From Bacteroidales bacterium (GTDB taxonomy: Bacteria; Bacteroidota; Bacteroidia; Bacteroidales; VadinHA17): DNA of 39,522 bases. Both the position numbers and the translations under genes were made by a program. The notes under the pieces are model-generated. The model was not told where the DNA came from. It ran no database searches and saw only the letters and a list, made by a program, of their open reading frames with translations. Shown here one piece after another: positions 7,182 through 17,416 of the stretch; the first letter of the stretch is position 1, and every line of letters begins with the position of its first letter. The DNA lies in NCBI GenBank assembly GCA_034003165.1, contig JAVEZD010000009.1, forward strand, positions 1 through 39,522. The letters are read 5' to 3'.

Positions 7182-8738
7182 ATGAAGATGAGGTTTAAAG
7201 CTTTCCTGCTTATTCTTTTCATGCCAATACTGGCCCTTTCAGCTGATCCTGTTTCTGATACCATAATCATTGATTCAGGCTATGATGCAGAAAGGATTTC
7301 CACTGACCTCGACAGCCTTGTGAGCAGCTGGTATGTCAGGATGCTGTTTGGAAACAACGACCCGGTCATTGAGAGTGATTCAGCCGGCATGGAGTATCCT
7401 GATACTGTATACCACGAAAGGCTGGCCAGGATAAACTCAATAGTAAAACTCGACTATAACAGTATAATAAGGAATCATATCCATGTTTATACTGTAAAAC
7501 AGAGGCAACAGTTCAGTGCTGTTCTGGGACTGAAGGATTATTATTTTCCTATGATTGAGGATATTTTTGATTCGTACGGTCTGCCGTCAGAACTCAAATA
7601 CATGGCCATTATAGAGTCGGCCCTTAACGTGAATGCCGTGTCAAGGGCAGGAGCAACAGGCATGTGGCAGTTTATGTACAGCACGGGAAGGATGTACGGG
7701 CTTACCATCAATTCAGTCATTGACGAGAGGAGGGATCCTGTAAAGTCAACTCATGCTGCCGCCCGTTATCTTAAGGATCTGTATACGATATATAATGACT
7801 GGATACTTGTAATTGCTGCCTATAACTGCGGGCCGGGAAATGTCAACAAGGCAATACGACGTTCGGGAAATAAAAAGGACTACTGGGAAATCTATTACCG
7901 TCTTCCAAGGGAGACAAGGGGTTATATTCCCCAGTATGTGGCAGCAGCTTATTCAGTAAATTATTCTGCTGAACATAAGATAAGGCCTTTGCCTGTGAAT
8001 ATCCCTGTTGCTACTGATACCATTATGGTAAACAAAGACATACATCTATCCCAGATCTCAGAGGTGATGGGCATTCCCATCGGCGAACTCAGGGCTCTCA
8101 ATCCACAGTACCGGACCGGTCTTGTTCCGGGATCATCCAGGCCCCAGTCGCTGACTCTTCCCCTGAATCATCTGGGTGATTTTATAGATCTTAACGACAC
8201 CATCAGGAACTTTAAATCCGATGTATATCTAACCACAGCAAGCCGTATCCCCAATCCAACCCAGTCGACCTTTGTTCCTCAGGATGTGAAGGGGAAGACA
8301 AAACTGGTTTACACAGTAAAGGAAGGTGATAATCTTGGCTATATAGCAGGATGGTATAATGTGGGGCTTTCCGATCTCCGGTACTGGAACAACATATCCA
8401 GGAACACAATAAGGATTGGCCAGAAGATTGTTGTATATGTTGACCCGGGTAAAGCCCTGCTGTATGGAGGAGTAGACAATATGAGCTTTGCAGACAAGCA
8501 GAAGATGATTGGTAAGAGTCCGGCTCCCTCCCAGACCATTAACACTTTCGCGGGCTTGCAGGCAAATGGAGCCGACGGCAGTTATGTTACCTATACTGTC
8601 CGTAGCGGTGATTCAATCTGGGATATTGTAAAGAAATTTGATAATGTGACTACAACGGAAGTACTGACATTGAACAAGATAACAGATCCAAAGAAGATAC
8701 AGGTTGGTCAGGTTTTAAGGATAAAAAAGAAAAGCTGA
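7182..8738 (+). CDS. mltD: Membrane-bound lytic murein transglycosylase (SLT domain) with C-terminal LysM repeats, MltD-like
   Basis: SLT catalytic motif IIESALNVNAVSRAGATGMWQFM...AYNCGPGNV. There are two LysM-like modules (YTVKEGDNLGYIAGWYNV..., YTVRSGDSIWDIVKKF...) and a signal peptide. Confidence 0.9.
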   Translation: MKMRFKAFLLILFMPILALSADPVSDTIIIDSGYDAERISTDLDSLVSSWYVRMLFGNNDPVIESDSAGMEYPDTVYHERLARINSIVKLDYNSIIRNHIHVYTVKQRQQFSAVLGLKDYYFPMIEDIFDSYGLPSELKYMAIIESALNVNAVSRAGATGMWQFMYSTGRMYGLTINSVIDERRDPVKSTHAAARYLKDLYTIYNDWILVIAAYNCGPGNVNKAIRRSGNKKDYWEIYYRLPRETRGYIPQYVAAAYSVNYSAEHKIRPLPVNIPVATDTIMVNKDIHLSQISEVMGIPIGELRALNPQYRTGLVPGSSRPQSLTLPLNHLGDFIDLNDTIRNFKSDVYLTTASRIPNPTQSTFVPQDVKGKTKLVYTVKEGDNLGYIAGWYNVGLSDLRYWNNISRNTIRIGQKIVVYVDPGKALLYGGVDNMSFADKQKMIGKSPAPSQTINTFAGLQANGADGSYVTYTVRSGDSIWDIVKKFDNVTTTEVLTLNKITDPKKIQVGQVLRIKKKS

Positions 8739-8751
8739 TCCTGAATAAAAT

Positions 8752-11700
8752 ATGCGCCCACACAGATCATTTCTGTTTTTACTGATCTTTCTGGTCTGCT
8801 TCACCGGGCTCTGGTACATATTGCCCCCGTCAGTTAAGATTCCCTCTCCGGCCGGGATACTTCCTGCCACTCTGCGGGAGATGATCAGCCCTGAAGGGAA
8901 CACTGTTAAGGCTGACTCTCTGCCTTCATCAGATTACCGTCCTGCCGTGGTTCCGGATACAATCATTAGGTCCGACACCATAGCCTACATCGACGGACAC
9001 GGATCATTTATCCCGCTAAGAAGTTTTATTGATTCGCTTTATTTCTCCAGGGGACAGTTAAGGGTCCTCTATTATGGTGATTCCCAGATTGAAGGGGACA
9101 GGGTGTCATCGTACCTGAGGCAATGGCTCCGGCAGGGAAGGGAAGGAAGCGGTCCGGGGCTCTTTTTACCGCTTATGACGGTTATGTACACCGGGTCGGT
9201 TAACATCAGATCGTCGCTTAACTGGGAGAGATATAACTACCTGTCGTATCAGCAGGGTGTCATTAATCATAGTAATCTGGGACCCTTTATGGCCTTCTGC
9301 CGGTATCTGCCTGAAGGTGTTACTTCAGGATCGCCCGTAAAGGCAACTGTAAGGATAAGTCCTTCAAGACTTGCAGATAAGAAGTCGGCTCAGTATGATA
9401 TTCTCAGGATCTTCTATGGTAATCTGAGCGGTGAGGTGCAAGTAACCGTAAAGGCAGGGAACTTCAGCCTCGTGTCAGACACTCTTGAGAAAAGTATTGA
9501 ACCCGGGGAGTTTTCCTGTCCGCTGCTTGGAGAAAAGAACATCACGATTGAATTCGAGGGAAGGGTGAGTCCCGACATTTATGGAATAAGCATTGAGAGC
9601 CGTAAGGGTGTGATTGTAGATAACATACCCCAGAGGGGCAGTGCCGGCCTTGAATTCACCATGGTAGATCCGGAACATCTGAAGTCTGTATTGGACCTTC
9701 TTTCTCCCGACCTGTTCATCCTTCATTACGGGTTGAATATAGTTAAAAACATTAGAAGTGAGTACAACTACTACAGCCTGGGTCTCGAAAGACAGATCAA
9801 CCTTATTAAGAATGTTTGTCCCGATGCCCAGATACTTGTGGTGGGAGTCACTGATATGGCGACAGCAGAAGGCGACAGTCTCAGATCGTACCCTAACTTA
9901 CCGGCCATTATAAATGCCCAGAGAAATGCGGCTTCAAGGACGGGAGTAACATTCTGGGACTCCTATCAGGCCATGGGGGGATACAATTCTATTATCCGCT
10001 GGGCCGGCAACAATCCTCCTCTGGCAAGGCCCGACTATGTCCATTTTACAAATCTGGGTGCTGATTCACTTTCAAAGATTCTTATAGCCGATATGTTCAG
10101 GCAACAGGATATTGTTACCCTTATCAAATCAGATACCCTGATTGTAGCTGACACTGTCATGATTTCTGCTTCATTGCTCCAGCCTGCCGATAGTGCTTTC
10201 AGCGGAGAAGAGGCTGAAGTTGGTTCCAGGCCTGCTTCAGGCCTTCCGGCTGTATTGCTGGGGGAGCTTTTCAGATACGATCCTGATGAGCCTATGATCT
10301 TCTCATCACCGGCTTTCTGGATTTTCCTTCTTATTGTTCTGGCTGGTTACAGCCTGATATTCAACAAACCCTTTATAAGGAATCTCTACCTGCTTCTTGT
10401 CAGCCTGTTCTTTTACTATAAGTCGGGTGGCTTTTTCATAATACTACTACTTCTTGTTACTATTGTCGACTATTCATGCGGGTTAATGATATACAGATCG
10501 GAGTCAAGGCCCGGCAGGAGGTTCTTTCTTATTCTCAGTTTGGTCTCCAACCTGCTTCTGCTTTCATATTTCAAATACACGGCATTTTTTACTGACCTGG
10601 TGAATTCAGTCTTTGGCACCGGCTTTGTTGTTCATGATTACCTGGCTGCCTTTTCAAATAATCATCTTGGGACTTCTTTAGACGTAAGTTCTATTATTCT
10701 TCCTGTCGGGATCTCGTTTTTTACATTTCAGTCACTCAGTTACACCATTGATGTATACAGGTCGAAGGTGGCTCCCGTAAGGAACATTGCCGATTTTGGT
10801 TTTTATGTTTCTTTCTTTCCCCAGCTTGTGGCAGGGCCTATTGTGAGGGCGTCGGAGTTTATTCCTCAGATCTATGAGAAGTTCAGGCTGAACCAGCGTG
10901 AATTCAGCCATGCCCTTTATCTGATACTGAAGGGTCTTGTAAAAAAGATTGTCATTTCCGACTTTATAGCAGTTGGGTTTATTGACAGGGTTTTTGAGAC
11001 CCCGGCTATTTACTCAGGATTTGAGAACCTTATGGCTGTTTATGGTTATGGTCTTCAGATATACTGTGATTTTTCGGGTTATACAGACATTGCCATAGGG
11101 ATAGGTCTTATCCTTGGCTTCAGGCTTCCGGTCAACTTCAATTCACCCTACAAGGCTTCGGATGTTTCTGAATTCTGGAAACGCTGGCATATTTCACTCT
11201 CGAGGTGGCTGAAGGATTATCTGTACATACCGCTCGGCGGTAACAGGAAAGGACGGATCAGGACTCAGATGAATCTTATGATAACTATGTTACTTGGTGG
11301 TCTGTGGCACGGGGCCGATCTTCGTTTCATCCTCTGGGGAGCGCTGCATGGTGTGGGACTTGTCTTTAACAAGTTATGGAACAGGCTCTCAGGATCCGGC
11401 CGGGGCTCAGGTCTTTTAAGAAGAGCTCTTGCAGTTTTTCTGACCTTCAACTTTGTTAATTTCTGCTGGATCTTCTTCAGGTCGCCCGACGTGCATAGTG
11501 CCGGAATAATGCTTAAGCAGATTTTCACTGCCTTTGTTCCGGGTTCATACATGGCACTTCTTACTGTTTACGGCACTGTCTTTATACTTATCCTTACGGG
11601 TTATTTTGTCCATTTCCTGCCCGAAAAGGTGAAGGAGGCATACAGGGGACTGTTCATCAATATGCCTCTTGCGTTACAGATGGTTGTGGCTCTTCTGGCG

Positions 11701-11763
11701 GCTCTTCTTATCTTTCAGATGCGGTCGCCTGATATCGTGCCCTTCATCTATTTCAGGTTCTGA
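8752..11763 (+). CDS. Fusion protein: N-terminal TM anchor, then an SGNH/GDSL-type esterase/acyltransferase domain, then a C-terminal MBOAT (AlgI/PatA/DltB-like) O-acyltransferase
   Basis: SGNH block I is YYGDSQIEG (Ser codon 9082-9084), a block III-like HYGLN is present, and block V is PDYVHFT. The MBOAT region from about aa 510 has FWKRWHISLSRWLKDYLYIPLGGNR and the conserved-His motif GGLWHGA. About 11 TM segments. Confidence 0.85.
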   Translation: MRPHRSFLFLLIFLVCFTGLWYILPPSVKIPSPAGILPATLREMISPEGNTVKADSLPSSDYRPAVVPDTIIRSDTIAYIDGHGSFIPLRSFIDSLYFSRGQLRVLYYGDSQIEGDRVSSYLRQWLRQGREGSGPGLFLPLMTVMYTGSVNIRSSLNWERYNYLSYQQGVINHSNLGPFMAFCRYLPEGVTSGSPVKATVRISPSRLADKKSAQYDILRIFYGNLSGEVQVTVKAGNFSLVSDTLEKSIEPGEFSCPLLGEKNITIEFEGRVSPDIYGISIESRKGVIVDNIPQRGSAGLEFTMVDPEHLKSVLDLLSPDLFILHYGLNIVKNIRSEYNYYSLGLERQINLIKNVCPDAQILVVGVTDMATAEGDSLRSYPNLPAIINAQRNAASRTGVTFWDSYQAMGGYNSIIRWAGNNPPLARPDYVHFTNLGADSLSKILIADMFRQQDIVTLIKSDTLIVADTVMISASLLQPADSAFSGEEAEVGSRPASGLPAVLLGELFRYDPDEPMIFSSPAFWIFLLIVLAGYSLIFNKPFIRNLYLLLVSLFFYYKSGGFFIILLLLVTIVDYSCGLMIYRSESRPGRRFFLILSLVSNLLLLSYFKYTAFFTDLVNSVFGTGFVVHDYLAAFSNNHLGTSLDVSSIILPVGISFFTFQSLSYTIDVYRSKVAPVRNIADFGFYVSFFPQLVAGPIVRASEFIPQIYEKFRLNQREFSHALYLILKGLVKKIVISDFIAVGFIDRVFETPAIYSGFENLMAVYGYGLQIYCDFSGYTDIAIGIGLILGFRLPVNFNSPYKASDVSEFWKRWHISLSRWLKDYLYIPLGGNRKGRIRTQMNLMITMLLGGLWHGADLRFILWGALHGVGLVFNKLWNRLSGSGRGSGLLRRALAVFLTFNFVNFCWIFFRSPDVHSAGIMLKQIFTAFVPGSYMALLTVYGTVFILILTGYFVHFLPEKVKEAYRGLFINMPLALQMVVALLAALLIFQMRSPDIVPFIYFRF

Positions 11764-11810
11764 CAGAAGACTTATATAACGGCTCAGGTAGCCTGCCCCG
11801 AGCCTGTCTG

Positions 11811-11838
11811 ACAAAATATTCTGAGTCCTGAACTCAGA
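11811..11838 (-). terminator. Possible intrinsic terminator between convergent genes, serving the minus-strand regulator gene
   Basis: 7-bp stem tctgagt / actcaga with a 5-nt loop (11820-11838), followed on the minus strand by aatattttg. Confidence 0.4.
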
Positions 11839-11844
11839 GCACAA

Positions 11845-13020
11845 TCAGATAATGGTTCCCGATACCGGTTTTGCGTATGAGGCGACATCGGCACCGGTTA
11901 TCTCATCACGGCACAGGATTATAAGTCTTTCGAGGACATTTCTGAATTCCCTTATGTTACCGGTCCATTCTATTTTACTGAGTTCCTCAAGGGCATCACT
12001 GGTAATGGTTTTTTTGCTCATTCCGTATTCACCGCATATCAATGTATTGAAGTGATCGGCCAGGAGAGGGATATCGTCTTTTCTTTCGTTCAGTGTGGGT
12101 ACGTGTATAAGGATTACGCTGAGGCGGTGATAGAGGTCCTCTCTGAAAACACTATTCTCAATTTCCTTTTTAATGTTTTTATTTGTTGCCGCAATGATCC
12201 TTACATTGACGTGGATGTCCTTCTCGGATCCCACCCTTGAGATTTTATTCTCTTGCAGGGCTCTCAGAACTTTTGCCTGTGCTGAAAGGCTCATATCGCC
12301 TATCTCGTCGAGGAAGAGTGTCCCTCCGTTAGCCTGTTCAAATTTGCCTATTCTTTGTTTTATTGCCGAGGTAAATGATCCCTTCTCGTGTCCGAACAGC
12401 TCACTCTCAATAAGTTCTGAAGGTATGGCGGCGCAGTTGACTTCAACAAAGGGGCCTTTTGCCCTGCTGCTTTTCTCATGTATCTGGTGGGCAACCAGCT
12501 CCTTGCCTGTGCCATTGGCCCCTGTTATCAGAACCCTTGCCTCAGTGGGAGCAACCCTGTCGATCATTTCCCTGACCTTTATTATCGCATCCGACTCACC
12601 GATGATCTCGTACATCCTGCTAACCTTGTTCCTGAGGACCTGGGTCTGGGAGATTAGCCTGGTCTTATCAGTGGCATTACGGATTGTAATAAGAAGACGG
12701 TTGAGGTCGAGGGGTTTTTCAAGAAAATCGTAAGCTCCTTTTTTTATAGCCTCAACAGCCGTATCTATATTACCATGTCCCGAAATCATTATCACGGGGG
12801 TGTCGGAGGAGCTCTCATGAATATTTGAGAGCACCTCTATCCCGTCCATCTTGGCCATTTTGATATCGCAGAGTACAATGTCGTATGAGTTTGAACCAAA
12901 AAGCTCAAGTCCCGACCTTCCGTCCTCTGCAAGGTCGACTTCGTGTTTTTCATATTCCAGAACCTCCTTGAGGGTATTCCTTATTGCCCGTTCGTCGTCG
13001 ATGACAAGAATTTTTGACAT
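11845..13020 (-). CDS. Sigma-54-dependent response regulator (REC + AAA+ domains) lacking a C-terminal HTH domain
   Basis: The REC domain has DD(8-9) and D52. The AAA+ domain has Walker A GANGTGKE, Walker B LFLDEIGDM, and an ESELFGHEKGSFTSA loop. The protein ends about 30 aa after the W(T)GNIREFRNVLERL motif. Confidence 0.9.
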   Translation of the reverse strand: MSKILVIDDERAIRNTLKEVLEYEKHEVDLAEDGRSGLELFGSNSYDIVLCDIKMAKMDGIEVLSNIHESSSDTPVIMISGHGNIDTAVEAIKKGAYDFLEKPLDLNRLLITIRNATDKTRLISQTQVLRNKVSRMYEIIGESDAIIKVREMIDRVAPTEARVLITGANGTGKELVAHQIHEKSSRAKGPFVEVNCAAIPSELIESELFGHEKGSFTSAIKQRIGKFEQANGGTLFLDEIGDMSLSAQAKVLRALQENKISRVGSEKDIHVNVRIIAATNKNIKKEIENSVFREDLYHRLSVILIHVPTLNERKDDIPLLADHFNTLICGEYGMSKKTITSDALEELSKIEWTGNIREFRNVLERLIILCRDEITGADVASYAKPVSGTII

Positions 13021-13062
13021 GATAATTTAACTGTTATGTATACTGGATGGTCCCTGAATTGT

Positions 13063-14421
13063 TTATCCGCTGTATCTGAGCCACTTCCACATCTCTTTCC
13101 ATGATGTCTTCTTTCCGTACATAAGAATACCTGTACGGTAGATTCTGGCAGCCATCCATACAAATGTAATAAAAGTTATAAGCATAAGCAGCATTGATAC
13201 AGCCAGCTGCCACATGGGAACGCCGAAAGGTATCCTTGCCATCATCACTATCGGAGAAGTGAAAGGTATTATTGAAAACCAGAACGACAGTGAACTCTCG
13301 GGATTCTGCATGGTACCCATGGCAACCATAAGAGCTACTATAATAGGTATGGTAACAGGCAGCATGAACTGCTGGGTCTCCGTCTCATTATCGACAGCCG
13401 ACCCGATGGCCGCGAATATTGAGGCATACAACAGGTAGCCGGTTATGAAATAAAAAACAAAGGAAAAGATTATCAGTCCCCATGGCTGGTTCATGGCGCT
13501 TGAGAATATCTGGGTAAACTCTGCAAGTTCAGGATTGGCAGCCGGATTGTTTTCCAAGGCAGCCTGCTGCTCCTCAGTCATTACGTTAGTTACCATATTT
13601 TTCTGAGCCATATCTGAAAAGTCAGTGTCCTTGAGTACTGTAGTCTTAAGTACATTTATTACCAGAATGGCAAGGAAGATCCACAGAAAAAACTGGGTAA
13701 GGCCCACAAGGGCAATGCCGATTATCTTTCCCATCATGAGCTGGATCGGTTTTACTGATGAGATTATTACCTCGACAACGCGGCTGGTTTTCTCCTCAAT
13801 AACTCCCCGCATCACCTGTGATCCGAAGATAAAGACAAGCATATACATCAGGAAGCCTCCTATATAGGCAAGAGCCATGGCAATGCCTGTGCTTGTCTGT
13901 TTTACCTGACCCGAATCATCTATCTTTATGGTCTGTACAGAAACGTTGGTCTGGACATTCTTCATAATCTTATCGAGGTCCTCGATGTTATATGTGAGCA
14001 GTTTTTGTTTTTCCAGCTCTTTTTCGATAGAGGATTCGATATGTTCGATAACGGTAATCGGGGGTTGTTGTTTTGAGATAAGCTGGATGGCATTAGGTAC
14101 GTTAATCACATCGGGTGAGATATACAGGATGCCATAGTAACCTGCCGAATCAAAGGTGGTTTTCAGGTCGTCGAGTCTGGCTCCGGGTAGATACACAAAA
14201 TCCATTTCTTTGGTATCGGGCACTGCTTCACTGAGAATATCAGAGCCGTCTTCGATTACTGCAATTTTCTTATATTCCTGATCTTCATTGAGTACAAGCA
14301 GGGTGGGTACTAAGATAAGGGCAGCCATTAACACGGGGGCAAGAATGGTCATTATAATAAATGACTTCTTCCTTACCCTTGTAAGATACTCCCTTTGGAT
14401 TATAACAGATATTTTATTCAT
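13063..14421 (-). CDS. ABC-2 type transporter permease (NatB-like)
   Basis: An N-terminal TM, then a large extracytoplasmic loop, then five C-terminal TMs. It sits directly downstream of the ABC ATPase gene. Confidence 0.85.
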   Translation of the reverse strand: MNKISVIIQREYLTRVRKKSFIIMTILAPVLMAALILVPTLLVLNEDQEYKKIAVIEDGSDILSEAVPDTKEMDFVYLPGARLDDLKTTFDSAGYYGILYISPDVINVPNAIQLISKQQPPITVIEHIESSIEKELEKQKLLTYNIEDLDKIMKNVQTNVSVQTIKIDDSGQVKQTSTGIAMALAYIGGFLMYMLVFIFGSQVMRGVIEEKTSRVVEVIISSVKPIQLMMGKIIGIALVGLTQFFLWIFLAILVINVLKTTVLKDTDFSDMAQKNMVTNVMTEEQQAALENNPAANPELAEFTQIFSSAMNQPWGLIIFSFVFYFITGYLLYASIFAAIGSAVDNETETQQFMLPVTIPIIVALMVAMGTMQNPESSLSFWFSIIPFTSPIVMMARIPFGVPMWQLAVSMLLMLITFITFVWMAARIYRTGILMYGKKTSWKEMWKWLRYSG

Positions 14422-14453
14422 GGCCGGTGTAAAGTTTTAGGTAATGGGTTATT

Positions 14454-15362
14454 TCAGTTTCTCTGTTCCACCACTCTTATGAAAATGTCGTTCATGGAGG
14501 GGAGGGCAGGATTGAAGGAAATTATTCTGCCAAGGCTTATTGCCTTTTCGAGGATCTCATTTGAACGCATATCTGCCGAAGCTTTTATGCGTATGAGGCT
14601 CCTGTTGTTCTCATACTGTTTGTCGAGAATGCTGAATCCTCCATGGCTGTTGAGAGTGACATCCCCGTCGAAGGCAATTTCATATTCATTGGCTGCCCAC
14701 TGGTTACGGATATCGTCAACGCGTCCCTCAAGGATGGTTCTGGCCTTGTTTATCAGGGTTATGTTGTCGCACAGTTCTTCTACGGACGCCATGTTATGTG
14801 TTGAGAAAATGATGGTGGCACCTCTTTCCCTGAGAAACAGTATTTCGTTACGTATGATGTTGGCATTTACAGGGTCAAATCCTGAGAAGGGTTCGTCGAA
14901 GATAAGCAGTTTGGGTTCGTGGAGAACTGTTGTAACAAACTGCATCTTCTGCTGCATTCCTTTAGACAGTTCTTCAACCTTTTTCCCCCACCAGTCTGTT
15001 ATCTCAAGTTTGTTGAACCAGTACTTAAGCCTCTTCATGGCCTCAGCCTTTGAAAGTCCTTTCAGCCGGGCAAAGTAAAGTGCCTGTTCGCCCACCTTCA
15101 TCTTTTTGTAGAGTCCTCTTTCCTCAGGGAGATAACCAATGGTCATGACGTCCTCGGGTTTAAGTTTCTTCCCGTTGAGGAAGAGCTCGCCTGAATCCGG
15201 TCCGGTGATCTGGTTGATAATCCTTATGAGTGTGGTTTTTCCTGCACCGTTTGGTCCGAGCAGGCCATAGATGCTTTGTTCGGGAACTGCAATACTGACG
15301 TTGTCGAGTGCAGTAAATGTCCCAAACTGTTTTGTGACATTTTTTGCTTCAAAAAGTATCAT
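14454..15362 (-). CDS. ABC transporter ATP-binding protein (NatA-like, ABC-2 subfamily)
   Basis: Walker A GPNGAGKTT, an LPEERGLY Q-loop region, signature LSKGMQQK, and Walker B LLIFDEP. Confidence 0.92.
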   Translation of the reverse strand: MILFEAKNVTKQFGTFTALDNVSIAVPEQSIYGLLGPNGAGKTTLIRIINQITGPDSGELFLNGKKLKPEDVMTIGYLPEERGLYKKMKVGEQALYFARLKGLSKAEAMKRLKYWFNKLEITDWWGKKVEELSKGMQQKMQFVTTVLHEPKLLIFDEPFSGFDPVNANIIRNEILFLRERGATIIFSTHNMASVEELCDNITLINKARTILEGRVDDIRNQWAANEYEIAFDGDVTLNSHGGFSILDKQYENNRSLIRIKASADMRSNEILEKAISLGRIISFNPALPSMNDIFIRVVEQRN

Positions 15363-15395
15363 AGAGTTGTAGTTAGTTTCGGGAATGTAAATATA

Positions 15396-15461
15396 TAAAA
15401 AAACCCGTACTGTTCTTTTGTATACTTTCTTTACAAAGCATCGGAAAGAGGAGAGTACGGG
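15396..15461 (-). terminator. Probable intrinsic terminator after dnaJ (long hairpin plus U-run), or a leader structure for the ABC operon
   Basis: On the minus strand, cccgtact (15461-15454) pairs with agtacggg (15411-15404). An inner tttgta/tacaaa stem is present, followed by a run of 7 T. Confidence 0.45.
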
Positions 15462-15496
15462 ACTTTAAGTTTATAACTGTTTTTTAGTCAGCAGTT

Positions 15497-16651
<1,155 letters not shown>

Positions 16652-16696
16652 TTAGTTATTTGATCTTTAAGCCGTTAATATTTAGGGTTCGGATGT

Positions 16697-17341
16697 CTAT
16701 TCACCAACAACCACTTTGGAATATCTCAGAACCTTATCCTGTAAATAGTAACCCTTCAGTACTACATCCAGGACTTTGCCTTTTTTTTCTTCTTCCTCAA
16801 CTTCTATCTTGGCAACCGCTTCATGAATATCGACGTTGAATACCTGGTTGAGAGTCTCTATCTCCTTTACTCCATTTTGTTTAAGGAAATCTGAGAATTT
16901 AAGATAGATAAGATTTATACCTTCCTTAACGGCATCTGCATTGTCTGAATTATCCATATGTTTCAGGGCTCTCTCGAAATCGTCCATTAAGGGAAGGAGC
17001 TTCAGCAGGAGGTTCTCACCTGCAAATTTAGTAAGGTCCATCTTTTCCCTCAGGGTTCTCTTCCTGTAATTATCGTATTCAGCCGACAGCCGGATATATT
17101 TATCCTGCATCTCTGACAGTTTTTCCTCCAGTTTGCTTCCGTCTGCATCAGTTCTGGCAGAGTATGATGAATCTCCGGTCTTTTTGTCTTCAACAGGGGC
17201 AGGTTCCTCAGCATCTGCAGACTGGTTTTCGACCTGTTCGCCTGCTGTTTTTTCTATATCTATATCAGCCTGATTTTCTGTAGTGTATTGTCCTTTTTTA
17301 TGGGTTTTATCATCCTTCTCCATTTTCTTTCTGGTTGTCAT
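16697..17341 (-). CDS. grpE: Nucleotide exchange factor GrpE, with an acidic low-complexity N-terminal extension
   Basis: GrpE coiled-coil and beta-domain sequence (YIRLSAEYDNYRKRT..., HEAV...GYYLQDKVLRYSKVVV). The ATG at 17341 is preferred over the GTG at 17344. Confidence 0.93.
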   Translation of the reverse strand: MTTRKKMEKDDKTHKKGQYTTENQADIDIEKTAGEQVENQSADAEEPAPVEDKKTGDSSYSARTDADGSKLEEKLSEMQDKYIRLSAEYDNYRKRTLREKMDLTKFAGENLLLKLLPLMDDFERALKHMDNSDNADAVKEGINLIYLKFSDFLKQNGVKEIETLNQVFNVDIHEAVAKIEVEEEEKKGKVLDVVLKGYYLQDKVLRYSKVVVGE

Positions 17342-17385
17342 CACTCAAGGTTTTTCAGTTACTTCAGTTCTACCAAACAAAATAT

Positions 17386-17416
17386 CTGCCAATAAAAAGG
17401 TTTTGCCAAATTGGCA
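17386..17416 (-). terminator. Hairpin/palindrome between murA and grpE, either a murA terminator or an operator
   Basis: ctgccaat (17386-17393) is complementary to attggcag (17410-17417). The nested palindrome tgccaa-a-ttggca lies at 17404-17416. On the minus strand the hairpin is followed by atattttgttt. Confidence 0.35.

Noticed and set aside
11764-15496. Sigma-54 promoter (-24/-12, TGGCAC-N5-TTGC) near the activator gene or the ABC genes
   Set aside because: All TGGCAC/GTGCCA occurrences I checked lack a correctly spaced TTGC/GCAA element.
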